Below, one piece after another: positions 17,538 to 24,793 of a stretch of DNA of 32,000 nt. The stretch is from Telmatocola sphagniphila (GTDB taxonomy: Bacteria; Planctomycetota; Planctomycetia; Gemmatales; Gemmataceae), in assembly GCF_018398935.1 (NCBI RefSeq), contig NZ_CP074694.1, positions 2,580,001 to 2,612,000 of the forward strand, in the 5' to 3' direction. A program made the position numbers and the translations under genes. The notes beneath the pieces are model-generated. The model did no database searches and was not told the origin of the DNA. It saw only the letters and a list, made by a program, of their open reading frames with translations. Position 1 is the stretch's first letter. Each line of letters opens with the position of its first letter.

Positions 17538-17580
17538 CATCTCAGAAGGAGGGCCGGCCTAAGGTCTTCCTCCTGAGATG
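17538..17580 (+). terminator. possible intrinsic terminator downstream of the sigma-fusion gene
   Basis: The stem CATCTCAG (17538-45) pairs with CTGAGATG (17573-80). After a 3-nt bulge it is extended by GAGG/CCTC. It is followed by the T-rich TTCTTCGTCTCT. It lies 48 nt after the stop at 17490. The U-tract is weak. Confidence 0.3.
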
Positions 17581-17759
17581 TTCTTCGTCTCTACCTGCAC
17601 CAGTTAAAGCAATCCTTAAGTTCCCGACGAAATATTCTTACATCTTGCCCAACATCAATCCGCTTTAGACTCAAACCCTCACGCGGCCCTAGACAGTTCA
17701 AGTGGAATGTGTTAAATTTTGCCTATTACTCTCCCCATTTCTTTTATTGGCATTCATTT

Positions 17760-18794
17760 ATGAGAAATTTTCCTCGAAAGCGAAAAGCATTCACACTGAT
17801 CGAACTATTGGTGGTGATCGCGATTATAGCCATCCTGATTGGTCTATTGCTCCCGGCCGTGCAAAAAGTCCGCGAAGCGGCTGCCCGAATGAAATGCAGT
17901 AACAATCTCAAACAACTGGCCCTGGCCTGTCACAACTACGCCTCCGCCAACGGCATCCTCCCCTATGGCCGAAAGTACGATATTTGGGATAGCTACACCT
18001 GGATCGAAAATATTCTACCCTACATTGAACAAAACAACATCTACGTCAACTTTTGGACACTCACTCAAACCGGTTACCCCGGCGGGTACCCAAACTATCC
18101 CTGTCCACTCGCTTCCTGGGGTCCCGATAGCCGTTTAATCACCGCGCGTACGGGCAACGTCGCGACCTTCCACTGCCCGAGCGATCCCGGTTACCCGTGG
18201 GATGAACTGGGCTCGGACTGGTTTTCGCGAATCCGAGGGAACTACGTCGGTTGCACCGGCACCGGCGACATGTACGGCACGGCCACCGATAGCACCACCG
18301 GTCCTTGGGGACTCGGCGTGTTCGGCGTCACGAACGGACAGAGTTTCGATACTAACCAGTCGCTGGGTATTTCCCTCATCGGTATCATTGATGGAACCTC
18401 GAACACCCTCATGATGTCGGAAGATCTGACCCCTTCCGTTCAGGGTTACGGTGGCCCGATCGGCGATATTCTAACCGGGAATATGGGCGGTGCTCTTTTT
18501 TCCGCTAGCCTGACCCCGAATTCCAGTGCCCCCGATCAACCTTATGGCCCCTGCCCGCAAGATCAGGGAGACACCCAGTATAATTCTCCCTGCAGCAGCG
18601 TAACCGGGGCTGGATTCGGCTGGGGCGTTCAAGGAGCAGCCGGCGCTCAGACCGCGGCCCGCAGCAAACACACCGGCGGAGTCAACGCGGCCATGGCCGA
18701 CGGCTCTGTTCGCTTCGTGGCGAATACCATCGACCTCTACAGCTGGCGTTCCATGGGTACTCGCAGCGGCGGCGAAGTTTTCAATCTGCCTTAA
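17760..18794 (+). CDS. DUF1559 / H-X9-DG protein with N-terminal prepilin-type cleavage/methylation domain (type II pseudopilin-like)
   Basis: KAFTLIELLVVIAIIAILIGLLLPAVQKVREAAARMKCSNNLKQLALACHNY is the canonical planctomycete DUF1559 N-terminus. The C-terminal HTGGVNAAMADG fits H-X9-DG exactly. ATG 17760 (MRNFPRKRKAFTLIELL) is preferred over the tracked start at 17709. Confidence 0.9.
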   Translation: MRNFPRKRKAFTLIELLVVIAIIAILIGLLLPAVQKVREAAARMKCSNNLKQLALACHNYASANGILPYGRKYDIWDSYTWIENILPYIEQNNIYVNFWTLTQTGYPGGYPNYPCPLASWGPDSRLITARTGNVATFHCPSDPGYPWDELGSDWFSRIRGNYVGCTGTGDMYGTATDSTTGPWGLGVFGVTNGQSFDTNQSLGISLIGIIDGTSNTLMMSEDLTPSVQGYGGPIGDILTGNMGGALFSASLTPNSSAPDQPYGPCPQDQGDTQYNSPCSSVTGAGFGWGVQGAAGAQTAARSKHTGGVNAAMADGSVRFVANTIDLYSWRSMGTRSGGEVFNLP

Positions 18795-18797
18795 AGG

Positions 18798-19253
18798 ATG
18801 TGGCACTTCATGATTCGCAAGAGTTTCTGGAAATTCCTCGGACTCCTGCTGCTCCCGATCCTTGTAATCGGGTGCGGCGGTTCGGACACGAGAATTTCCG
18901 GCACTGTCAGCTATGACGGGGAACCGATTTCCAAAGGGCAGATCGTATTCATGCCTGCCGATGGTAAAGGGACTCCCGAAGGCGGTGAAATTGTGGACGG
19001 GAAGTATACGGTGAAGGCTATTTCACCCGGCAAGAAAATCGTGCAGATCTCCGCAGCCAAGGAATCGGCCGCCCCGGTTCACAACCTGGAAGATATGGTC
19101 GGCAAAGGGAAGAACACGACGAAAATTTCAACGGCCCCCGTTATCCCCGCCCATGCGGAAGGCAATAATGCCACAATCGAGATTCTTCCCGGCAACAACA
19201 CCCAGAGTTTCGATTTGAAAAAACCGACCAAACCCGCGGGAAAGGCGAGGTAG
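18798..19253 (+). CDS. lipoprotein with carboxypeptidase-regulatory-like beta-sandwich domain (common DUF1559 partner)
   Basis: Signal peptide plus lipobox LPILVIG|CGG, followed by ISGTVSYDGEPISKGQIVFMPADGKG...GKYTV. It starts 4 nt after the DUF1559 stop; an alternative start is ATG 18810. Confidence 0.8.
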   Translation: MWHFMIRKSFWKFLGLLLLPILVIGCGGSDTRISGTVSYDGEPISKGQIVFMPADGKGTPEGGEIVDGKYTVKAISPGKKIVQISAAKESAAPVHNLEDMVGKGKNTTKISTAPVIPAHAEGNNATIEILPGNNTQSFDLKKPTKPAGKAR

Positions 19254-19331
19254 CTTTTCAAGTTGCAAAAGCCGGCACCACTTTTCACAAACCTTTCAAC
19301 AGCAATATCTTGCGTGGCATCAGGAAAAGTA

Positions 19332-19769
19332 TCACAACCGGGGAATTATTAAAATGTTCCCCGCTTCACTGGCCACTGAGGCTAAAAGCGCTTTGATCGA
19401 GGTAAAGCGGGCTTTGTCTGCCTCGTAGTCGTGAGCATTCAACTCGGGAATGACCACATTCCCCAGTATGCGAGAATCGATCCGAATCTGCACGGATAGT
19501 CCCAGTTCCTTGAGAATCAGAACGGGAATTCGGACAATACCCACTTCATGTTGTCGATCGACGTCAATCAATTTCAGTATCTCGGTTGGAGAGCTTAAAC
19601 ACGCGGCTCTATACAGACTGATCCCCTCAATATCAACATCCCGCCCTTTCGTTCGGGGCTCAAAGGCGTTAGGCGAGATAACAGGGATTTTTTCAGTCCG
19701 AAATCTCTCGATTCGCACTCTTCGCAGGAGCCATTCATCATCTGAGATTGGGGCGTTCTCGGGCTTCAT
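19332..19769 (-). CDS. hypothetical protein (second gene of an uncharacterised two-gene cassette)
   Basis: 145-aa ORF starting at ATG 19769: MKPENAPISDDEWLLRRVRIERF...ISPNAFEPRTKGRDVDIEGISLYRAA...GNVVIPELNAHDYEADKARFTSIKALLA. I recognise no family. It lies 33 nt downstream of the reconstructed ancestral stop (19803-19805) of the upstream gene. Confidence 0.6.
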   Translation of the reverse strand: MKPENAPISDDEWLLRRVRIERFRTEKIPVISPNAFEPRTKGRDVDIEGISLYRAACLSSPTEILKLIDVDRQHEVGIVRIPVLILKELGLSVQIRIDSRILGNVVIPELNAHDYEADKARFTSIKALLASVASEAGNILIIPRL

Positions 19770-19818
19770 TTCGATGGGCGGCTACGACCAGTAAGATGCA
19801 ATCTAAAGTGGGAGGGCA

Positions 19819-19826
19819 ATTTTCTT
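19819..19826. repeat. target-site duplication ATTTTCTT (left copy)
   Basis: This 8-mer directly abuts the left inverted repeat. The identical 8-mer occurs at 21251-21258, abutting the right inverted repeat. Confidence 0.85.
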
Positions 19827-19839
19827 GGCTCTTCCGTTT

Positions 19840-20352
19840 CTAGGTGTAGCATTCAGAGAAATACTTCTGGATCTGGTTGACGAAGCCGCGAATCTCCGCA
19901 ACGGTCGGCCCTAATTTTTTCGCAGCCCAATTCACGTCCAGGAGTATTCTCGTCCAGAGCGTAGTTAGACTCTGAATTCCATAACTCCGACGTAGCACTA
20001 CCCGAATCTTGGTATTGAGACCTTCCACCGGGCCGCTGCTTTTGCGTTCCTCGAAGTAGGCTAAGATCCCCTCCCAGTTATTCTTGAGCATCGTGATGAA
20101 CGGCTCCCAATCCATCTCGGTCTCGCGGGCCTGGACGATCCAATCTTCCAACAGTCGCGAGGCTTCGGCTCGGTTGGGGGCACTATCGAAGATCTTGGTC
20201 GCCTCCCAACGCAGATGGTAGATCGTTCCCAACGAAGGCACCTTCTCGAACAAATCCTCGAGGGCCTGGACCTGCTCCGGATTCAAATCCTCGGGACGAC
20301 GCCGGAAGTCGTGCATCTGAGAACGCAGCTTCTTGCGGGCTTCCCCGCTCAA
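19840..20352 (-). CDS. ISL3 transposase, C-terminal part
   Basis: The -1 frame continues as ...KKNYRAYKRSLSGEARKKLRSQMHDFRRRPEDLNPEQ...NWEGILAYFEERKSSGPVEGLNTKIRVVLRRSYGIQSLTTLWTRILLDVN. The tracked start is only a TTG inside this frame. The stop codon lies inside the left inverted repeat. Confidence 0.8.
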   Translation of the reverse strand: MSGEARKKLRSQMHDFRRRPEDLNPEQVQALEDLFEKVPSLGTIYHLRWEATKIFDSAPNRAEASRLLEDWIVQARETEMDWEPFITMLKNNWEGILAYFEERKSSGPVEGLNTKIRVVLRRSYGIQSLTTLWTRILLDVNWAAKKLGPTVAEIRGFVNQIQKYFSECYT

Positions 20353-21155
20353 ACTTCGCTTGTAGGCTCGATAGTTTTTTTTCGCAGATCGTCCGCCACC
20401 TCACCCAATTTCTTGGCGACGTGAAAGCGATCTATCACCGACTGGCTGTTGGGTAAATGCACGCCGCAAGCCTTCAAATACGCCGCGCTCATGTCCGTAT
20501 GATGCCAACGCACCGCCGACCGTTGCTGGGCCGACAAACGCTCCAAACACGCTCGCCCCGCTGCTTCGTCGCGACCCTTGGACAGAGCCAGAATCTCCGG
20601 ACGCTCCCCATTCGTCAGGTCCGTCAATATTGTCGCATATCCCTTATGCCCCTTACGCAGGCTGATCTCATCCAGACCCAAACGCTCGATCTTCCGCTGG
20701 GGATCGATCTGCTTCGCCTTGGCGTCCTCTATCCGGTTCTTGACGATTCGCTCCACCGTCTCCGCGGCAATCCCCAAACGCACCGCCACGTCTTCGGCTG
20801 TGCTCCCGATCAGACTGACCAGCACCTGCTCCTCGAAGCGAAACGTATATTTCACATCCCGACGCTTGAACGGCGGCAACAGCGATTGACGGTGACCGCA
20901 CGACGGGCAGCGGTGATACACCTCCTGGTACACGAAAAAGCTCGGCTTACCCCACAAATCCAGATCGCGGATGCTCAGAAACTTGTTCTTCTCCACCAAT
21001 TGAAGCCGAGACTCTCGCTGGCAAGTCTCGCAACAAAGATTGTCGGGCAACTCCCAACTCACGTGAAAGGCGTGGCCACCGTCGACGCGTTCGTATTCGC
21101 CAACGCTCACTCCGGCAGGGACGTCCATGTCTATGGCAATGGTAGTCGTCGTCAT
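20349..21155 (-). CDS. ISL3 transposase, N-terminal part (zinc-finger/HTH + first part of DDE domain)
   Basis: CCETCQRES...HRCPSCGHRQ zinc finger, followed by ...HTDMSAAYLKACGVHLPNSQSVIDRFHVAKKLGEVADDLRKK. The frame is lost in the A8 run (T8 at 20375-20382 on the + strand). ATG 21155 is preferred over the tracked TTG 21197. Confidence 0.8.
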   Translation of the reverse strand: MTTTTIAIDMDVPAGVSVGEYERVDGGHAFHVSWELPDNLCCETCQRESRLQLVEKNKFLSIRDLDLWGKPSFFVYQEVYHRCPSCGHRQSLLPPFKRRDVKYTFRFEEQVLVSLIGSTAEDVAVRLGIAAETVERIVKNRIEDAKAKQIDPQRKIERLGLDEISLRKGHKGYATILTDLTNGERPEILALSKGRDEAAGRACLERLSAQQRSAVRWHHTDMSAAYLKACGVHLPNSQSVIDRFHVAKKLGEVADDLRKKTIEPTSEV

Positions 21156-21198
21156 CGGCTCTTCCGTGATCCAGGTAAAGGGTACTCTAAATTGCAAT

Positions 21199-21639
21199 CT
21201 ATCCCAAAATGACCGATTCGCCGAGAGTTGCGCCTAAAAACGGAAGAACCATTTTCTTGGCTTCGGTCGTATTCGAACCTTTGTGGAAAATTCGGCATTC
21301 CGCCTCATTTGGGGAAACGACTTCGATCTCCCGATATTCCTGCGGCGCATGCCATTCGAAATAGATCGTCGAATTGACGCTGGGGTGAACTCGATCAGGA
21401 GCCAATTCCCCAATCGCTTGCAGTTTTTGGGTGAGACGGATCGCACCTTCAACTAATGCTGAAGCAGGCGCCAATGTTCCTTCGCCATCCCAATCATCCT
21501 GAAGGCCGAAAAGTAAAGCCACCTGATCCTGAATTGCTTTCCAATCCGAGTTAAATTTGGACGCCTCTGGCACCTCGGCATCATTCCCGGGTCGGGAAAA
21601 ATTTGAAGCGCCTGAAGTCGTGAGATTTAAAGTGCCCAT
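21199..21639 (-). CDS. hypothetical protein (first gene of the two-gene cassette), 3' end replaced by IS sequence
   Basis: 146-aa ORF starting at ATG 21639, containing ...LFGLQDDWDGEGTLAPASALVEGAIRLTQKL...VHPSVNSTIYFEWHAPQEYREIEVV... The residues after ...TTEAKK (MVLPFLGATLGESVILG*) are encoded by the IS right end. Removing the IS and one copy of the duplication gives ...TTEAKKIALPL* with its stop at 19803-19805. Confidence 0.6.
   Translation of the reverse strand: MGTLNLTTSGASNFSRPGNDAEVPEASKFNSDWKAIQDQVALLFGLQDDWDGEGTLAPASALVEGAIRLTQKLQAIGELAPDRVHPSVNSTIYFEWHAPQEYREIEVVSPNEAECRIFHKGSNTTEAKKMVLPFLGATLGESVILG
21251..21258. repeat. target-site duplication ATTTTCTT (right copy)
   Basis: See the left copy at 19819-19826. 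Confidence 0.85.
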
Positions 21640-21873
21640 TTACAAAGGCCTTTCAAGACGGATTTTCATTCTTACTATCATCTTGCCTAAAAAGACTCTG
21701 CAACTCAAGCCAGATATTGCACGGAAAGAGACCCGGAGGGAACAAAATTCAGGAACTGCCGAATGCGAGAACGTCTATGTCCATGAACAACCTCTCCACT
21801 TCTACCTAGTGCTCCGAACACCTTCCTGCTAATTTGCAATTAGAGGCCCACGCCGCAGAGGAGAAAACTTGTC

Positions 21874-22581
21874 ATGAAATCCACCGTAGAAGAAATCCGA
21901 CGACGCTTCGACTTGGATGTCGACCGCTTTTCCAACCTGGAGACCGGCCAATCCGCCACCATTGACGCCCCGCTTGCCATGGAACTCGTCGCCAGCGCGG
22001 CCGCAGCTGCCACGCCGAACGCCCGACACATCCTCGATGTAGGCTGTGGAGCCGGCAATTACACTTTGAAGGTTCTGCAATTGCTGCCCGAAATGGATGT
22101 CACGCTGATCGACCTCAGCCAGCCCATGCTGGAACGAGCCCGGGAACGGGTCAGCCGGGCGACCAGTGGCCGGATCAATTCGATTCAGGGGGACATTCGG
22201 GAAACCCAACTACACGATACCAAGTACGACATCATCATTGCCGCCGCCGTGCTGCATCACTTGCGAACGGACGGAGAATGGCACGAAGTTTTCTCGACCT
22301 TCTATCGCATTCTCCGGCCCGGCGGCTCGATCTGGATTTTCGACCTCATTGAGAGTTCGATTCCATCCGTGCAGCCGATCTTCTGGAAGAAATATGGAGA
22401 TTATCTCACTCAATTGAAGAATGAGATTTATCGCGACCACGTCTTCGATTACATCGCGAAGGAAGACACACCTAAACCATTGATGTACCAACTCGATTTA
22501 TTGAGGAACGTAGGGTTTTCGCAGGTAGAAATCCTTCACAAAAATCTCTGCTTCGCGGCGTTTGGAGCCATGAAAAGTTAA
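21874..22581 (+). CDS. class I SAM-dependent methyltransferase
   Basis: Motif I is ILDVGCGAGNYTLKVL, and the post-I acidic residue is in TLIDLS. ...IIIAAAVLHHL... and LRPGGSIWIFD are also present. A GAGGAG ribosome-binding site lies 10 nt upstream of ATG 21874. The substrate is unknown. Confidence 0.9.
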   Translation: MKSTVEEIRRRFDLDVDRFSNLETGQSATIDAPLAMELVASAAAAATPNARHILDVGCGAGNYTLKVLQLLPEMDVTLIDLSQPMLERARERVSRATSGRINSIQGDIRETQLHDTKYDIIIAAAVLHHLRTDGEWHEVFSTFYRILRPGGSIWIFDLIESSIPSVQPIFWKKYGDYLTQLKNEIYRDHVFDYIAKEDTPKPLMYQLDLLRNVGFSQVEILHKNLCFAAFGAMKS

Positions 22582-22833
22582 AGTTTCTGCCTCGCGCAAA
22601 TTGACGTTTCGACAAATCGCATCGGCGCAGGACGCTTTCGACTGGAGAAATTCTTGGCGATTTTATTTTTTCCGATCTAGTGAAAATCCGATGGATCTGT
22701 TATCGAATTGACATGTGATCGTGGAAGTATCGAGAATCGGAGCAGATGGATGACCGCAGCTTACCGGGGCAATGGCTGTGTAGATAATTTGCAGAATCTG
22801 CGGGAGTTAGAGAATCCCGCTCCTTTGTCCACC

Positions 22834-23607
22834 ATGAACGCAAATCTCAAAGGAAAGACGACTTCCGTCAGTTATTTTCGGCGTCTGGTCATCGACCTGA
22901 TGCACTTCAGCAAGAAAATTCCCAGCGTGACTCTTGAACGCCGGATGGAACTAGGCAAGTTGATGGCCGCGCGCAAGGCCTGTTCGCAATCGCCGACCTG
23001 GTCCTCGATCTTCACGAAAGCGTATGCCATCGTCTCTGCCCGGCACGAAGTTTTGCGAACCGCTTATTTAACCTTTCCCTGGACGCGGTTTTATACGCAC
23101 CCCAAGACCGTCGCGACGCTGGCCGTGGATCGGCAGCTGGATAACGAGAGAATCGTCATTTACGCCCACGTGGAAGACGCGGAAAAGAAGAGCCTGAAGG
23201 AACTCGATGCCATCATCGAAGAGCATCGCACGACACCAGTGAAAGAGATCTCTTCCTATCGCGTCTCCGTTCGACTGAGCCGGGTGCCCTGGCCGTTCCG
23301 AATGCTGGTTTGGATCTGGGGCCTGAATATGTACGGTTCCAGCCGCTGCAAGTATTTCGGTACGTTCGGGATGTCATCGGTCGGCTGCCACGGCGCGGGA
23401 ATTTTGCACCTGATTCCATTGCTGACTTCCACGCTTCATTACGGCATGTTCCAGCCTTCCGGGGCTTTGGACATGCGGTTGTCCTTCGATCATCGCGTCA
23501 TGGATGCCTCCACCGGCGCAATGGTGCTGGCCGAAATGGAAGAAGTGTTAATCAAACAGATTCTTCCAGAGTGCTTGGAGCAGACGCAGCTATCGGTCGC
23601 CGCCTGA
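22834..23607 (+). CDS. stand-alone 2-oxoacid-dehydrogenase-E2-like (CAT-fold) acyltransferase domain protein
   Basis: The C-terminal LSFDHRVMDASTGAMVLAEMEEVL resembles the DHRxxDG catalytic motif of E2 acyltransferases, with His and Asp retained and Gly replaced by Ala. There are no lipoyl or E3-binding domains. ATG 22834 (MNANLKGK...) is preferred over the tracked TTG 22708. Confidence 0.7.
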   Translation: MNANLKGKTTSVSYFRRLVIDLMHFSKKIPSVTLERRMELGKLMAARKACSQSPTWSSIFTKAYAIVSARHEVLRTAYLTFPWTRFYTHPKTVATLAVDRQLDNERIVIYAHVEDAEKKSLKELDAIIEEHRTTPVKEISSYRVSVRLSRVPWPFRMLVWIWGLNMYGSSRCKYFGTFGMSSVGCHGAGILHLIPLLTSTLHYGMFQPSGALDMRLSFDHRVMDASTGAMVLAEMEEVLIKQILPECLEQTQLSVAA

Positions 23608-23622
23608 TACCGCTTTCGAGCG

Positions 23623-24003
23623 TTGGGGAGAACTTTGGCCAAACATCATTTTTTGAATTACGAGAAGAAGACGCAACCGCTACTGAGCCGTCCTGAGTTC
23701 GCCCGGCGCGTCTTCCGCAATTTCGCCGCTTCCTCGCTCCTTATCGGCCTTTCTCTATTTGGCGGCATGCTCGGCTACCGCTGGCTGGAAGGCCTCGAGT
23801 GGATTGACGCCTTCGAGAACGCTTCCATGATTCTTTCCGGCATGGGCCCCGTCGCCACCATGCAAACCTGGGGTGGCAAGCTCTTCGCGGGCCTTTATGC
23901 CTTGTACAGTGGGCTAGCCTTAATCATGGCCGCGGGACTTCTCTTCGCTCCCATCGTGCACCGGTTATTGCATCGCTTTCACATCGAGGACGAGGGGGGA
24001 TGA
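23623..24003 (+). CDS. small integral membrane protein (2-3 TM), hypothetical
   Basis: 126-aa ORF with hydrophobic segments FAASSLLIGLSLFGGMLGY, ASMILSGMGPV and LFAGLYALYSGLALIMAAGLLFAPIV. The TTG start lies 16 nt after the acyltransferase stop, so the start is uncertain. Confidence 0.55.
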   Translation: MGRTLAKHHFLNYEKKTQPLLSRPEFARRVFRNFAASSLLIGLSLFGGMLGYRWLEGLEWIDAFENASMILSGMGPVATMQTWGGKLFAGLYALYSGLALIMAAGLLFAPIVHRLLHRFHIEDEGG

Positions 24004-24005
24004 GT

Positions 24006-24614
24006 TTAGGGGATATCTTCCCAATCAATTTTCGGTAATCCAACCAGTTCGCGGCCATAATCCACGCAGGCTCTGCTAATCGCCGTATGAGCGAACCTCT
24101 TGGATTCAAATTGAAAGATTTGGAAACCCTTTGGCATGCCAAATTTAATATGTCGTAGGATTTCCTCAGGAAGAAAGTGAAGATCAATTTTATAGCTCAG
24201 TTCGTACTGGATGCTGGAACGAGGGATTATTTGCGGCAACTCTGGAAACTCCTTATCCGCGTTAGTGAGGATTACCTCAGTGATAGGATGATACGAAAAA
24301 AGAAATTGAACCGCGATCAGAAAATCAGTCAAGGTACCACAAAACCTTGTTGCTTTACCGTTCGCTGGGAGTTTGAACAACCCATCAAGGTTAAGATCAG
24401 AAGTATTCGACGTGTTGTCAGAAAATCTCTCCAATTCGTCCAAATTGAACTCGATCAGAAGCTGCCCGCTCGCTCGCAATTCGTCGGCCTGCGCAACATG
24501 TCCTTGCTCTTCCAGCCAATCAGCGTAAATCGATCGCAAAGTCGAATCGAACGGATGTTCGCATATCCGGCGAAGGAAGATAGAAGAAATGTCGTCAAAA
24601 AATTCCGCTCTCAC
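24006..24614 (-). CDS. TIGR02996-like (planctomycete 'ADWLEE' repeat-companion) domain protein
   Basis: The N-terminus FLRRICEHPFDSTLRSIYADWLEEQGHVAQADELR matches the Gemmata-type FLxxIxxxPxDDxxRLVYADWLEExGDxxRAE motif (recalled from memory). The GTG start at 24614 is preceded by a strong GAAGGAGG site. The C-terminal 150 aa are unrecognised. Confidence 0.8.
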   Translation of the reverse strand: MRAEFFDDISSIFLRRICEHPFDSTLRSIYADWLEEQGHVAQADELRASGQLLIEFNLDELERFSDNTSNTSDLNLDGLFKLPANGKATRFCGTLTDFLIAVQFLFSYHPITEVILTNADKEFPELPQIIPRSSIQYELSYKIDLHFLPEEILRHIKFGMPKGFQIFQFESKRFAHTAISRACVDYGRELVGLPKIDWEDIP

Positions 24615-24793
24615 GCCCCCCTCCTTCTAGTTCCATAATACTATTTCCGTCGATCAGAAGTAGCGATGGGGCTCTAATTTAGTACTTGCTTCTGCTCTAA
24701 AGTATCCGCATTGGTCCCTTCCCAACAATGCAGTTATTCAACTCCCTCCCTATAATCACTCTCCAGAATTGTTTTCGTTTTTTTGAGACCTGC

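Larger units (their letters stand above)
19827..21250 (-). mobile_element. ISL3-family insertion sequence (1424 bp)
   Basis: The terminal inverted repeats are GGCTCTTCCGTTTCTAGG (19827-19844) and, as reverse complement of 21233-21250, GGTTCTTCCGTTTTTAGG; they match at 16 of 18 positions. The element is flanked by the 8-bp direct repeat ATTTTCTT. Its size, IR length and 8-bp duplication fit ISL3. It encodes an ISL3-type transposase with an N-terminal CxxC...CxxC zinc finger and the DDE region ...VIDRFHVAKKL... ...GPVEGLNTKIRVVLRRSYGIQSL... Confidence 0.88.

Noticed and set aside
19254-19273. Hairpin GCTTTT-caagttgc-AAAAGC after the lipoprotein gene, as a possible bidirectional terminator.
   Set aside because: It has only a 6-bp, AT-rich stem with an 8-nt loop and no flanking T-run, which is too weak to call.
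20457-21212. 251-aa plus-strand ORF inside the IS element.
   Set aside because: It is antisense to the ISL3 transposase, which has clear zinc-finger and DDE motifs, and its R/L/Q-rich composition is typical of a shadow ORF.
21752-21775. ECF-type promoter-like motif GGAAC-N15-CGTC upstream of the methyltransferase gene.
   Set aside because: The motif is short and degenerate, the spacer is 1-2 nt shorter than usual, and no second occurrence was found upstream of the sigma-fusion gene. It cannot be distinguished from chance by eye.
22708-22736. TTGACA-N18-GAGAAT as a possible promoter for the acyltransferase-like gene.
   Set aside because: The -10 element is weak and the spacing is suboptimal. 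It is not supportable without transcription start site data.
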